34,837 nt of DNA from Chitinophagaceae bacterium (GTDB lineage: Bacteria > Bacteroidota > Bacteroidia > Chitinophagales > Chitinophagaceae), in assembly GCA_036007525.1 (NCBI GenBank), contig DASYOS010000196.1, positions 1 to 34,837 on the forward strand, read 5' to 3'. A model generated the notes under the pieces. That model was not told where the DNA came from. It saw nothing but the letters and a program-made list of their open reading frames with translations, and did no database searches. The translations under genes were made by a program, and so were the position numbers. Positions within the stretch are counted from its first letter, which is position 1. The number at the start of each line of letters is the position of its first letter. Positions 1 through 8,773 of this stretch are shown here, piece by piece.

Positions 1-13
1 AAAGTAATTTCTC

Positions 14-3000
14 TTGAAAATTTTTAAATTATTTTCTTTTCTTTTTGTATTGGCAATTTTACTTGTTGCTGAAAATGCTTTTGCTCAAACAGAATTTATT
101 GAGAACAAAGGGCAATGGGATAAAGAAGTTAAGTTTATGACCAATGCCGGCAACGGAGCCTTTTTTCTGCAAAGCAAAGGCTTTACTGTGTTGCAACACG
201 ATGCTAAAGATCTGGAAAAAATTATTCATAAACACGCAGATAAAAAGGAAGCGTTGGCTTCAGCCGCCGGAAAATCAACATTGCGCTCACATGCATATGC
301 AGTGCAATTTGTAGGTGCAAATGAAAATGCCGAGATCATCCCTGACAAGCCTCTGCCTTCTGTAAATAATTATTTTATTGGTAATGATAAAAGCAAATGG
401 GCAAGTGATTGTAAGATTTATGGGGGCGTAACTTATAAAAATGTTTACCCCAATATTGATGTTCGGTACTATTCTGATGCCGGTGCAGGATTAAAATATG
501 ATATTATTGTTCGCCCCGGAGGTGATATTAATAAGATCGCTTTACAATACAAGGGAGCAGATAATATCTCCATAAAAAACAAAGAACTTATAGTGAAAAC
601 TTCAGTAGGAGAGAACAAAGAACTTTATCCCTATTCTTACCAGGTAATTAATAACGAGCGAAAAGAAATTGAAACCAAATATGAGGTTAAAAGTGATGTA
701 GTAAGGTTTAAAATAAAAGAGCATTCTAACAAGAGTACGCTTATCATCGATCCCAGTCTGGTGTTCTTTTCGTATACCGGGAGTACTGCAGATAATTGGG
801 GCTTTACCGCAACATATGGCCCTGATGGAAGTTTTTTTGCCGGTGGAATTGCTTTTGGAACCGGCTTTCCTGTTTCTACCGGAGCATTTAATACTAGTTT
901 TAATGGTGGTGGATTTGATATTGCAATAATGAAACTTTCACCTGATGGTAAAAACCGGGCTTATGCAACCTATTTGGGTGGCAATGATGAAGATCAACCT
1001 CATAGCCTTATAGTAGATCCCCAGGGAAATTTAATTCTTGCGGGACGAACAAAGTCTCCAAATTATCCTGGTTCTGTATTCGGTTCTGGCGGTGGATGGG
1101 ATATTGTGGTTACTAAATTAAACGCTGTGGGAAGTTCCTTAATAGGGTCGATGCGTATTGGCGGAAGTAACAGTGATGGTGTAAATATTAAGGATAAAAC
1201 TGCTACGCCACAAGGCACTCTCTCTTTAAATAGAAATTATGGTGATGATGCCAGGAGTGAAGTGCTAATTGATGGAACAGGGAATATTTATGTGGCTTCC
1301 TGTACACAATCTTTAAATTTTCCAACCACACCGGGTGCCTTTCAAAGAACTTTTGGGGGTAAACAGGATGCTGCTGTTTTAAAGCTTAATCCAAATTGTT
1401 CCGCTGTTACCTGGAGTACCTATTTAGGTGGTACTCTGGATGATGCAGCATACGTTTTAGCTTTGGGAGCTAATAATAATTTATTTGTAGCTGGCGGCAC
1501 GGCAAGTAGTAATCTTTCCGGTATATCTTCAAACGTTATAAGTTCATCTTATTCAGGAGGTGCTTGCGATGGTTTTATTGTAGAGTTATCTAATGATGGG
1601 TCAAGTGCATTACGAGGAACATATCTTGGAACTTCTGCTCCAGATCAGATATATGGAATTCAAACAGATAAATCAGGTAATGTATATGTTATGGGTACCA
1701 CCGAAAGTGGTAACTGGCCTGTAATAGCGGCAAGCATTTTCGGAGCTCCGAATTCAAAACAATTTATTTCCAAGCTTGACCCTAATCTTAGCAGTTATAT
1801 TTATTCCACAACCTTTGGCTCAGGTTCAGCTTTACCAAATATTTCTCCCACAGCTTTTCTTGTAGATAGATGCGAAAATGTGTATGTCTCTGGATGGGGT
1901 GGTAAATCAAACACTTTAGAAGGATATGGCACTGGCACAGTTATCGGTATGCCGGTTATGGGACCTGGTATAATAAAATCAGTTTCGGATCCCTCAGGAA
2001 GTGATTTTTATTTTATCGTAATTAAAAAGGATGCCGCTTCCCAATTGTATGGTACTTTTTTTGGGCAGGATGATCCCATAGGCAATGGCCCACCGAATAC
2101 TTTTGGTGATCATGTAGATGGGGGAACAAGTCGTTTTGATCAAAATGGAGTTATTTACCAGGCAATATGTGCAAACTGCAATAGAACAGTGAATTTTTTT
2201 GGAACGCCCGGCTCATGGTCTACCACAAATAATGCAACTGGTGGTGGTAAATGTAACTTGGGAATGCTTAAAATTAGAATGGATTTTGCTGGAGTGGCCG
2301 CTGGCCCGCAATCTTCCATTAATGGAGTAGTTAGTGATACTGCTGGTTGTTTACCCCTAAAAGTTGATTTTACTGATACCATTCAAAATGCAAAAAACTA
2401 TATTTGGAATTTTGGTGATGGATCTGGAAATTTCCCTCAAACCACTTCTGATATTTCTCATACTTATACATCAGTAGGTACTTTTCGCGTAACCCTTATC
2501 GCTATTGATCCAACTTCCTGCAATGTTGCTGATACAGGCTATTTAACTATAAGAGTAGGTGATAATATTGCAACACTCAATTTTGTTCCTACAAAAACAG
2601 GCTTATGTACTGATCTTTCTTACATATTTACAAATACTTCAACGGCATCATCTGCTCCTTTTAAACCCAATACTTTTACCTGGGATTTTGGCGATGGTAC
2701 CCGCATTACAACAAGCCAAAACCCGCCGGTAACGCATACCTATGCAGGCCCCGGAACTTATATAGTAAAATTAATTCTTACAGATACATCTTTTTGTAAT
2801 TCACCGGATAGTGTATCTAAAACAATACGATTATCCCCAATAGTAAAAGCACAGTTTACGACTCCGGCAACTGGTTGTGCCCCTTACAATGCAGTGTTTC
2901 AAAACACATCCGCAGGAGGCTTAAATTTTCTTTGGGATTTTGGTGATGGTTCAACCTCAACTCAAGATAACCCAACTCACTTATATCCATCACCGGGGAG

Positions 3001-3598
3001 TTATACTGTTAAGTTGTATGCATTTGATTCTACCTCATGTAATAAATCAGATTCCACCTCATTTACAATTACTGTGGTTGCTAAACCTGTTGCAGCTTTT
3101 ACTTTTAGCCCAAATCCTCCTCAGGAAAATACAGCCATACAGTTTACCAATCAATCATTAGGAGCAACAAATTATTTGTGGCGTTTTGGGGATGGAGATA
3201 GTTCTACTGCTGTAAATCCGCAGCATTTATTTAATGCAACAGGAACATATACCGTTTGCCTTACTGCAATAAATACTGCGGGCTGTAGCGATAGTATTTG
3301 TATGCCAGTGAGTGCGATAATAAATCCTTTGCTGGATGTGCCATCCGCTTTTACTCCGGGCAAATTTGGCGTAAACGGAATTATAACTGTTAAAGGTTTT
3401 GGTATAAAACAAATGCAATGGATAATATATAACAGGTGGGGGCAAAAGGTTTTTGAATCAACGAGCCCATCAATGGGATGGGATGGATATTACAAAGGTA
3501 AATTACAGCAAATGGATGTTTACACTTATACGCTTGATGTAATATTTTCTGATGGCACTAAGTCCAGAAAGACGGGAGATATTACATTGATAAGATAA
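14..3598 (+). CDS. Large secreted surface protein: N-terminal beta domain, SBBP-like propeller repeats, 4 PKD domains, T9SS type B (gliding motility-associated) C-terminal sorting domain
   Basis: TTG start and signal peptide (…AFAQ). FIENKGQW and YATYLGG/WSTYLGG/YSTTFG repeats, four W[DNR]FGDG…H[TL][YF]…G PKD motifs, and a C-terminal VPSAFTP…NRWGQKVF…WDG…GDITLIR. Confidence 0.9.
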   Translation: MKIFKLFSFLFVLAILLVAENAFAQTEFIENKGQWDKEVKFMTNAGNGAFFLQSKGFTVLQHDAKDLEKIIHKHADKKEALASAAGKSTLRSHAYAVQFVGANENAEIIPDKPLPSVNNYFIGNDKSKWASDCKIYGGVTYKNVYPNIDVRYYSDAGAGLKYDIIVRPGGDINKIALQYKGADNISIKNKELIVKTSVGENKELYPYSYQVINNERKEIETKYEVKSDVVRFKIKEHSNKSTLIIDPSLVFFSYTGSTADNWGFTATYGPDGSFFAGGIAFGTGFPVSTGAFNTSFNGGGFDIAIMKLSPDGKNRAYATYLGGNDEDQPHSLIVDPQGNLILAGRTKSPNYPGSVFGSGGGWDIVVTKLNAVGSSLIGSMRIGGSNSDGVNIKDKTATPQGTLSLNRNYGDDARSEVLIDGTGNIYVASCTQSLNFPTTPGAFQRTFGGKQDAAVLKLNPNCSAVTWSTYLGGTLDDAAYVLALGANNNLFVAGGTASSNLSGISSNVISSSYSGGACDGFIVELSNDGSSALRGTYLGTSAPDQIYGIQTDKSGNVYVMGTTESGNWPVIAASIFGAPNSKQFISKLDPNLSSYIYSTTFGSGSALPNISPTAFLVDRCENVYVSGWGGKSNTLEGYGTGTVIGMPVMGPGIIKSVSDPSGSDFYFIVIKKDAASQLYGTFFGQDDPIGNGPPNTFGDHVDGGTSRFDQNGVIYQAICANCNRTVNFFGTPGSWSTTNNATGGGKCNLGMLKIRMDFAGVAAGPQSSINGVVSDTAGCLPLKVDFTDTIQNAKNYIWNFGDGSGNFPQTTSDISHTYTSVGTFRVTLIAIDPTSCNVADTGYLTIRVGDNIATLNFVPTKTGLCTDLSYIFTNTSTASSAPFKPNTFTWDFGDGTRITTSQNPPVTHTYAGPGTYIVKLILTDTSFCNSPDSVSKTIRLSPIVKAQFTTPATGCAPYNAVFQNTSAGGLNFLWDFGDGSTSTQDNPTHLYPSPGSYTVKLYAFDSTSCNKSDSTSFTITVVAKPVAAFTFSPNPPQENTAIQFTNQSLGATNYLWRFGDGDSSTAVNPQHLFNATGTYTVCLTAINTAGCSDSICMPVSAIINPLLDVPSAFTPGKFGVNGIITVKGFGIKQMQWIIYNRWGQKVFESTSPSMGWDGYYKGKLQQMDVYTYTLDVIFSDGTKSRKTGDITLIR

Positions 3599-3624
3599 TT
3601 GGTGTGTTATATGCAGGTATTTAA

Positions 3625-4668
3625 ATGAAGAAAGAAAAAATGAAAACTTTAAAATATATAGGACTTGCGGCTTGCAGCTTTTGGCTTGCTGCTTCTGTTT
3701 ATGGGCAGGATCTTCATTTTTCCCAATTCTTTAATTCTCCTTTAACTACAAACCCGGCAAATACAGGATTTATTCCGGATGCAGATTATCGCATTGCGGC
3801 TCATTACAGAAATCAATATTCATCTATAATGGCCGTGCCTTATAAAACAATAAGCATTTATGGAGATGCCCAGGTTTTTAGAGATAGATTTGAAAGCGGA
3901 TGGCTTGGCTTGGGAGGAGTAATATTAAGGGATGTAGCAGGCAGCGGCAGTTTAACTTCTACAAAAGCATATGCCTCTATTGCATATCATCAAATGTTAG
4001 GTAACAGCAGCTTACTTACTGCAGGCTTTAATGTGGGGTGGGCTAATAAAAGAATAGATCAATCTAAATTGACATTTCCTGACCAGTTTGATGGAAAATT
4101 TTTTGATAATAAAAAAGTATCTACGAGTGTACAGTTAACTAATAACAACGTGAGTTATTTTGATGTGCAGGCAGGAATGAATTATGCATATTTTCCAACT
4201 GAGAATATTTATATCAATGCGGGTTATTCAATTCATCATGTTAACCGGCCCATAGAAAGTTTTATCGATGCAACTGCAGATACTACCCGGATTGATATGC
4301 GGCATATCGGATTTTTAAATGCCATCCTTAAAGTAAATGATAATATCATTATTAACCCCAATGCATATTTTACTACACAGGCTAAAGCAAGGGAACTTGT
4401 TGTGGGGATGAATGCAGCGTATAATCTTTCCGGGGATGGAGAAAAGCAATTGATTGGTGGCTTATATTACCGAATGGGTGATGCTGTGGTCCCCATGATT
4501 GGGTTTGAATTAAAGAATGTTCGGTTTACTTTCAGTTATGACGCAACCACTTCTTCTCTTAAAAATTTTAATGGCTACAGAGGCGCTACTGAATTTAATG
4601 TAATGAAGAAAGGCTTTTATGATACATACAATGGCAATCGCAGAGAGACCATGTGCCCCACTTTTTAA
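3625..4668 (+). CDS. PorP/SprF family T9SS outer-membrane barrel (start may be the ATG at 3640)
   Basis: QDLHFSQFFNSPLTTNPANTG…YRNQY N-terminus and SYD near the C-terminus. Lies directly downstream of a type B CTD protein, the usual arrangement. Confidence 0.9.
   Translation: MKKEKMKTLKYIGLAACSFWLAASVYGQDLHFSQFFNSPLTTNPANTGFIPDADYRIAAHYRNQYSSIMAVPYKTISIYGDAQVFRDRFESGWLGLGGVILRDVAGSGSLTSTKAYASIAYHQMLGNSSLLTAGFNVGWANKRIDQSKLTFPDQFDGKFFDNKKVSTSVQLTNNNVSYFDVQAGMNYAYFPTENIYINAGYSIHHVNRPIESFIDATADTTRIDMRHIGFLNAILKVNDNIIINPNAYFTTQAKARELVVGMNAAYNLSGDGEKQLIGGLYYRMGDAVVPMIGFELKNVRFTFSYDATTSSLKNFNGYRGATEFNVMKKGFYDTYNGNRRETMCPTF
3664..3696 (+). repeat. Four tandem CTTGCAG-like heptamers inside the PorP/SprF signal peptide
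   Basis: cttgcgg cttgcag cttttgg cttgctg cttct, encoding LAACSFWLAAS. Confidence 0.7.
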
Positions 4669-4669
4669 A

Positions 4670-5332
4670 CTACGCCTTTTGTTGGTTGGCAGTTCTTAAC
4701 TCCTTTTTCTTTATCTCAAGTTCTTCTTTCAATTTTTCTATTTCTTTTTTTAGCTCCTCTTTTTGTGTATCTGGCTTTTCCTTTTTTATCTCAATATTAA
4801 TTTTATCTAAATCAATCTTTTTTATTGCCTGTTCCACTTCTTTAGATATTTTATCCATATCAACCTTCTTAATTGCCTGTTCAACATCCTTAGATATTTT
4901 ATCTGTATCTATTTTCTTAATAGATTGCTCTACTTCTTTAGATATTTTATCCATATCTATTTTTTTAATAGACTGTTCAACTTCTTTGGATATTTTATCC
5001 ATATCAATCTTCTTTATTGCCTGTTCCACTTCTTTAGATATTTTATCTAAATCAATTTGCTTCATGGTCAATTCAACCTGCTTTGATATTTTATCCAAGT
5101 CAATTTGTTTTATAGTTTTTTCAGCTAACTCTACACTTTTTTTGATGGTTTCCTCCAATCCTTTCGTGTCTATCTGAATATCTATACCATGATTTTTAGG
5201 TACAGTATCCAGTATAGCTTTTTCTACTTGCTTATTAACTTTTGCAGAATCCTGGAAAGCCATTGCGGTAAATGCAAAAAGGATAAAAATAAAGATTCCA
5301 AAAATGTTTTTGTTAGAAGATTGATTTTTCAT
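4670..5332 (-). CDS. Exported hypothetical protein with 16-aa tandem amphipathic helical repeats and a C-terminal coiled coil
   Basis: Signal peptide (…FTAMA-FQ), DTVP motif, six IDxDKISKEVEQxIKK units plus a partial seventh, and a charged tail. Confidence 0.85.
   Translation of the reverse strand: MKNQSSNKNIFGIFIFILFAFTAMAFQDSAKVNKQVEKAILDTVPKNHGIDIQIDTKGLEETIKKSVELAEKTIKQIDLDKISKQVELTMKQIDLDKISKEVEQAIKKIDMDKISKEVEQSIKKIDMDKISKEVEQSIKKIDTDKISKDVEQAIKKVDMDKISKEVEQAIKKIDLDKINIEIKKEKPDTQKEELKKEIEKLKEELEIKKKELRTANQQKA
4799..5104 (-). repeat. 48-bp degenerate coding tandem repeat (about 6.4 units)
   Basis: gatattttatc recurs at 48-nt spacing (4845, 4893, …), with mostly synonymous or conservative divergence between units. 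Confidence 0.9.
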
Positions 5333-5379
5333 TGTAATAAAATTTTATGGTTGTTGACTGCATTAAATAAATTATAAAT

Positions 5380-5403
5380 CAAATATACGAGTTATTTCGT
5401 ATA
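5380..5403 (-). promoter_or_regulatory. -7 promoter box (TATATTTG) for the repeat-protein gene, overlapped by a 7-bp inverted repeat
   Basis: caaatata at 5380-5387 reads TATATTTG on the minus strand. tatacga-N6-tcgtata lies at 5384-5403. Confidence 0.5.
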
Positions 5404-5563
5404 AGGATCAAACTCTTAAATATTTTTTGTTTTTTATGCCGGAATTTTTCAAACTTCCTTACAAAGGATTAATTCTTCTGTAAAAAGGTTGCTTTACAGC
5501 TAAAAAATTTCTGTTAATCGCCGCTACAATTGATTAATATTTATCACTCACTATATTTACATT

Positions 5564-6973
5564 ATGGAAAGGATAAAACCCACGTTAACTTCTAAAAATA
5601 TAGATGCATTTAAAGCTATTGTAGGTGAGACATTTGTATTTGTAGATGAAGAAAACCTGTTTAAATATTCACATGATGAAACTGAGAACCTCCATTATCC
5701 ACCTGAAGTTGTATTAAAACCCCGTTCTGCTGAAGAGATCAGTGAAATATTTAAGATCTGTAATCAATTTAAAATCCCGGTTACGCCACGGGGAGCCGGT
5801 ACAGGGCTTAGTGGTGGAGCTTTGCCCCATTTAGGCGGAGTATTAATTTCTACAGAAAGGATGAATTCAATAGTAAATATTGATGAAAGAAATTTACAGG
5901 TAACAACAGAGCCCGGAGTAATAACAGAAGTTTTGCAAAACGAAGTAAAAGAAAAAGGGTTGTTTTACCCTCCCGACCCCAGCAGCCGTGGCTCCTGTTT
6001 TATTGGTGGTAATGTTGCAGAAAACAGCGGCGGCCCAAAAGCAGTGAAATATGGGGTGGTAAAAGATTATGTTATTAATCTTCAAGTTGTTTTGCCAACG
6101 GGTGAAATTATATGGACGGCAGCAAATGTTTTAAAAAATTCCACAGGATATAATTTGACCCAGTTAATGGTTGGCAGCGAAGGAACATTGGGAATAGTTA
6201 CAAAAATAGTTCTGCGTTTAATTCCATTACCGATGTATGATCTGCTGATGTTGGTGCCATTTAAAAGTTTGGAAAAAGCAAGTGAAGCCGTTAGCGCTAT
6301 TTTTAGGGCAGGATATACACCGAGCGGATTAGAATTGATGGAAATTGATGCATTATTAATTGTAAGCAAGTTTGTTGAGAGTACCGCAGTGCCTATAACT
6401 AAAGATACAGCTGCTCATTTAATAATTGAAGTGGATGGAAACCATTTGGAAACCTTAATGCAGGAAATGGAAGCAATTTCTGAACTTTTGAACGGATACG
6501 ATTGCGGTGAAATATACTTTGCTGATAATGCAGTTCAGAAGGCAGAATTATGGAAGCTGAGGAGGAGAGTAGCTGAAGCAGTAAAAATTGATGGATATAC
6601 AATTGAGGAAGATACCGTAGTACCCAGGGCAGAACTGCCGGCATTGGTACATGGTGTAAAAGAACTCGGCAAGCAGTATGGTTTTAAAGCGGTCTGTTAC
6701 GGCCATGCAGGCGATGGTAATTTACACATTCGCATAAAAAAAGAAGGCACAGAAAACAGCCAGGATGATCCTGAAATAATAAAATCTTTGCGGGCATTAT
6801 TTGCGTTAGTGAAAAAACTGGGTGGTACAGTAAGCGGCGAACATGGCATAGGTTTGGTACAGAAAAGCTTTATGGATATTGTTTTTGATAAAACACAACT
6901 GGAATTAATGCGGGGAATAAAAAAAGTATTTGACCCCAATAATATTTTAAATGCAGGAAAAATTTTTGATTGA
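5564..6973 (+). CDS. FAD-linked oxidase, GlcD / D-2-hydroxyacid dehydrogenase family
   Basis: PRGAGTGLSGGA, PPDPSS, GSEGTLG, GHAGDGNLH, GEHGIG and FDPNNILNAGK motifs. Confidence 0.9.
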   Translation: MERIKPTLTSKNIDAFKAIVGETFVFVDEENLFKYSHDETENLHYPPEVVLKPRSAEEISEIFKICNQFKIPVTPRGAGTGLSGGALPHLGGVLISTERMNSIVNIDERNLQVTTEPGVITEVLQNEVKEKGLFYPPDPSSRGSCFIGGNVAENSGGPKAVKYGVVKDYVINLQVVLPTGEIIWTAANVLKNSTGYNLTQLMVGSEGTLGIVTKIVLRLIPLPMYDLLMLVPFKSLEKASEAVSAIFRAGYTPSGLELMEIDALLIVSKFVESTAVPITKDTAAHLIIEVDGNHLETLMQEMEAISELLNGYDCGEIYFADNAVQKAELWKLRRRVAEAVKIDGYTIEEDTVVPRAELPALVHGVKELGKQYGFKAVCYGHAGDGNLHIRIKKEGTENSQDDPEIIKSLRALFALVKKLGGTVSGEHGIGLVQKSFMDIVFDKTQLELMRGIKKVFDPNNILNAGKIFD

Positions 6974-6992
6974 ATCAACAAAAAATATCATT

Positions 6993-7589
6993 ATGAAAAT
7001 GAGATCGTTTATGCTTGCAGCTTGCAGCTTAATACTTGCAGCTTCTCTTCAGGCGCAGGATGTAAGTGAAAAACAAAAAGGTTATGACCCAACCAATTTT
7101 TTTACAGGCGGAAGTGTTTCTTTAGGTGTGGGTAACGGCAGCTTTAATGCAGGATTACATCCACATTATGGGTATACACTTGCCAAATGGATTGATGTTG
7201 CCGGCGTGGCGAATCTTGAATATCAAAGCCAGAGGGACGGCTTTAATAATAAATATCGAACAACAACTTATGGCATTGGTGCTTTTACAAGAATATATCC
7301 TGTTCAATTTATTTTTATACAAGCAGAGCCGGAATATAATTTTATAAGGCAAAAATTTATACCAGCTAATTCAGGATCAATAACGCTTACAGAAACGCTG
7401 CATGCACCCAGTTTTTTAATTGGGGGTGGCTACACTACTTCCCGTTCTGATAAAAATTCTTTTACCTATTTAAGTATTTTAATAGATGTGATAAAAGATA
7501 TTAATTCCCCTTATGTAGATGGCTATGGCAACCTGGTACCTATTATAAGAGCGGGTGTAAATATTGGATTAAATAGAAAAAAAAAATAA
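6993..7589 (+). CDS. Hypothetical outer-membrane beta-barrel protein
   Basis: ATG at 6993 gives a signal peptide (…SLQA-Q). FFTGGSVSLG is followed by amphipathic Gly/aromatic strands. The 6951 start would overlap the upstream gene. Confidence 0.75.
   Translation: MKMRSFMLAACSLILAASLQAQDVSEKQKGYDPTNFFTGGSVSLGVGNGSFNAGLHPHYGYTLAKWIDVAGVANLEYQSQRDGFNNKYRTTTYGIGAFTRIYPVQFIFIQAEPEYNFIRQKFIPANSGSITLTETLHAPSFLIGGGYTTSRSDKNSFTYLSILIDVIKDINSPYVDGYGNLVPIIRAGVNIGLNRKKK
7014..7046 (+). repeat. Four tandem CTTGCAG heptamers inside the signal peptide
   Basis: cttgcag cttgcag cttaata cttgcag cttct, encoding LAACSLILAAS. Confidence 0.75.
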
Positions 7590-8083
7590 TTACTTCATCT
7601 TTTTAATTAATTGTTCGCCAATTTTTCCTGCAGCTTTTACAGGGCGTGTTGAAGTTCCTGAAAACGAGGCTGAGGCTGCAATTTCACCGGAATTCATATC
7701 CTGTAATTGAATGGTTAATTGTTCCATAAAAGTACTTGTGCCAATAATATGTACTTCGCCAATACCAGTCAGTATATAATCCACTTTTGCTGAGTCTGCA
7801 ACTCTCATTATCTCCCTGTTATTTGTTCTGTCATTTATAGGCAGATCTACAACACTAAACCCTGCCTGTTGTAAATATGGAATAAATGCTTTTTCTGTAG
7901 ATTGAGCAGTACATATACAAACAGTATCTGTATTTTGTTTGTTTGATTTTTTTTGAGCTGTAATTTTAATTGGGCCAATTCCTATTTTTTACCTTTAGCT
8001 TGCAAAGAGTCTTTTACAGATACGTTGCTGGATGAACATCCGGAGATAAATGTTATCAGTAGGATTAACCATAGTTTTTTCAT
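7590..8083 (-). pseudogene. Frameshifted lipoprotein gene (about 164 aa if restored), CsgG/LpoB-like fold suspected
   Basis: ATG at 8083 gives MKKLWLILLITFISG-C (lipobox) …AKGKK*. One extra A in the A6 run at 7985-7990 joins it to an open frame IGIGPIKIT…MRVADSAKVDYILTG… ending at 7590. Confidence 0.75.
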
Positions 8084-8150
8084 TTAGAATTCATTTAAGT
8101 TTTTATACAGCATTAGGTAAGGTCATTTCTATCTGTAAATTACAAATATG

Positions 8151-8687
8151 TTATAAATAATTTTCCAACTCCTGTGGCTCATTAATTATTGTCATTCTTT
8201 CAACCACGGTGTCATACAAAAATTTTTCTTCCTCCATTTTTTTCATGTGTGCAATAAGATGATCATAGAAGCCATCACTATTTAAGACGAATATTTTTTT
8301 ATCATGAATACTAAGCTGGTTCCATGTAAGCATTTCAAAAAATTCATCAAGTGTTCCATAACCTCCGGGTAAAATAAGCGCTGCATCGCATTTAGAGTAT
8401 ATCAACGCTTTTCTTACATGCATATCTGCAACTTCATGCAGTTCTGTTAAGCCCAGGTGCTGGTGTTCCCAATCAACCAATACTTTTGGCATTACACCAA
8501 TTACTATTCCTTTTTTTTCAAGTACTGCATTGGCAACAGCGCCCATAATACCTTTTGTACTTCCGCCATAAACAAGTGTAATATTTTTTTCTGCGAGAAT
8601 ATAACCCAGTTGTTTGGCATGTTCAACATACAAGGGATTATTCCCTGGTTTAGAGCCGCAAAAAACGGCCAAAGATTTAATTGACAT
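8151..8687 (-). CDS. LOG family nucleotide monophosphate nucleosidase (TIGR00730-type)
   Basis: VFCGS, LVYGG…GIMG, MHVRK and PGGYGTLDEFFE motifs. Confidence 0.92.
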   Translation of the reverse strand: MSIKSLAVFCGSKPGNNPLYVEHAKQLGYILAEKNITLVYGGSTKGIMGAVANAVLEKKGIVIGVMPKVLVDWEHQHLGLTELHEVADMHVRKALIYSKCDAALILPGGYGTLDEFFEMLTWNQLSIHDKKIFVLNSDGFYDHLIAHMKKMEEEKFLYDTVVERMTIINEPQELENYL

Positions 8688-8773
8688 AATTTTATTTATC
8701 TTGAATAAAATTCACATTAAAAAAATTGAAATCCTAATTTACATTTTATTTTTTCATTAAGAAATTACCTGCT

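Noticed and set aside
4799-5104. 48-bp periodic repeat as a possible CRISPR array
   Set aside because: The units are contiguous with no unique spacers, keep the reading frame and vary at synonymous sites. No cas genes are present.
4653-5177. 174-aa plus-strand hydrophobic repeat ORF
   Set aside because: Antisense shadow of the Lys/Glu-rich repeat gene, which has the signal peptide and promoter box.
7982-7993. Programmed -1 ribosomal frameshift at GGT AAA AAA TAG
   Set aside because: Not a canonical X XXY YYZ slippery site, and no evident downstream stimulatory structure. An indel is the simpler explanation.
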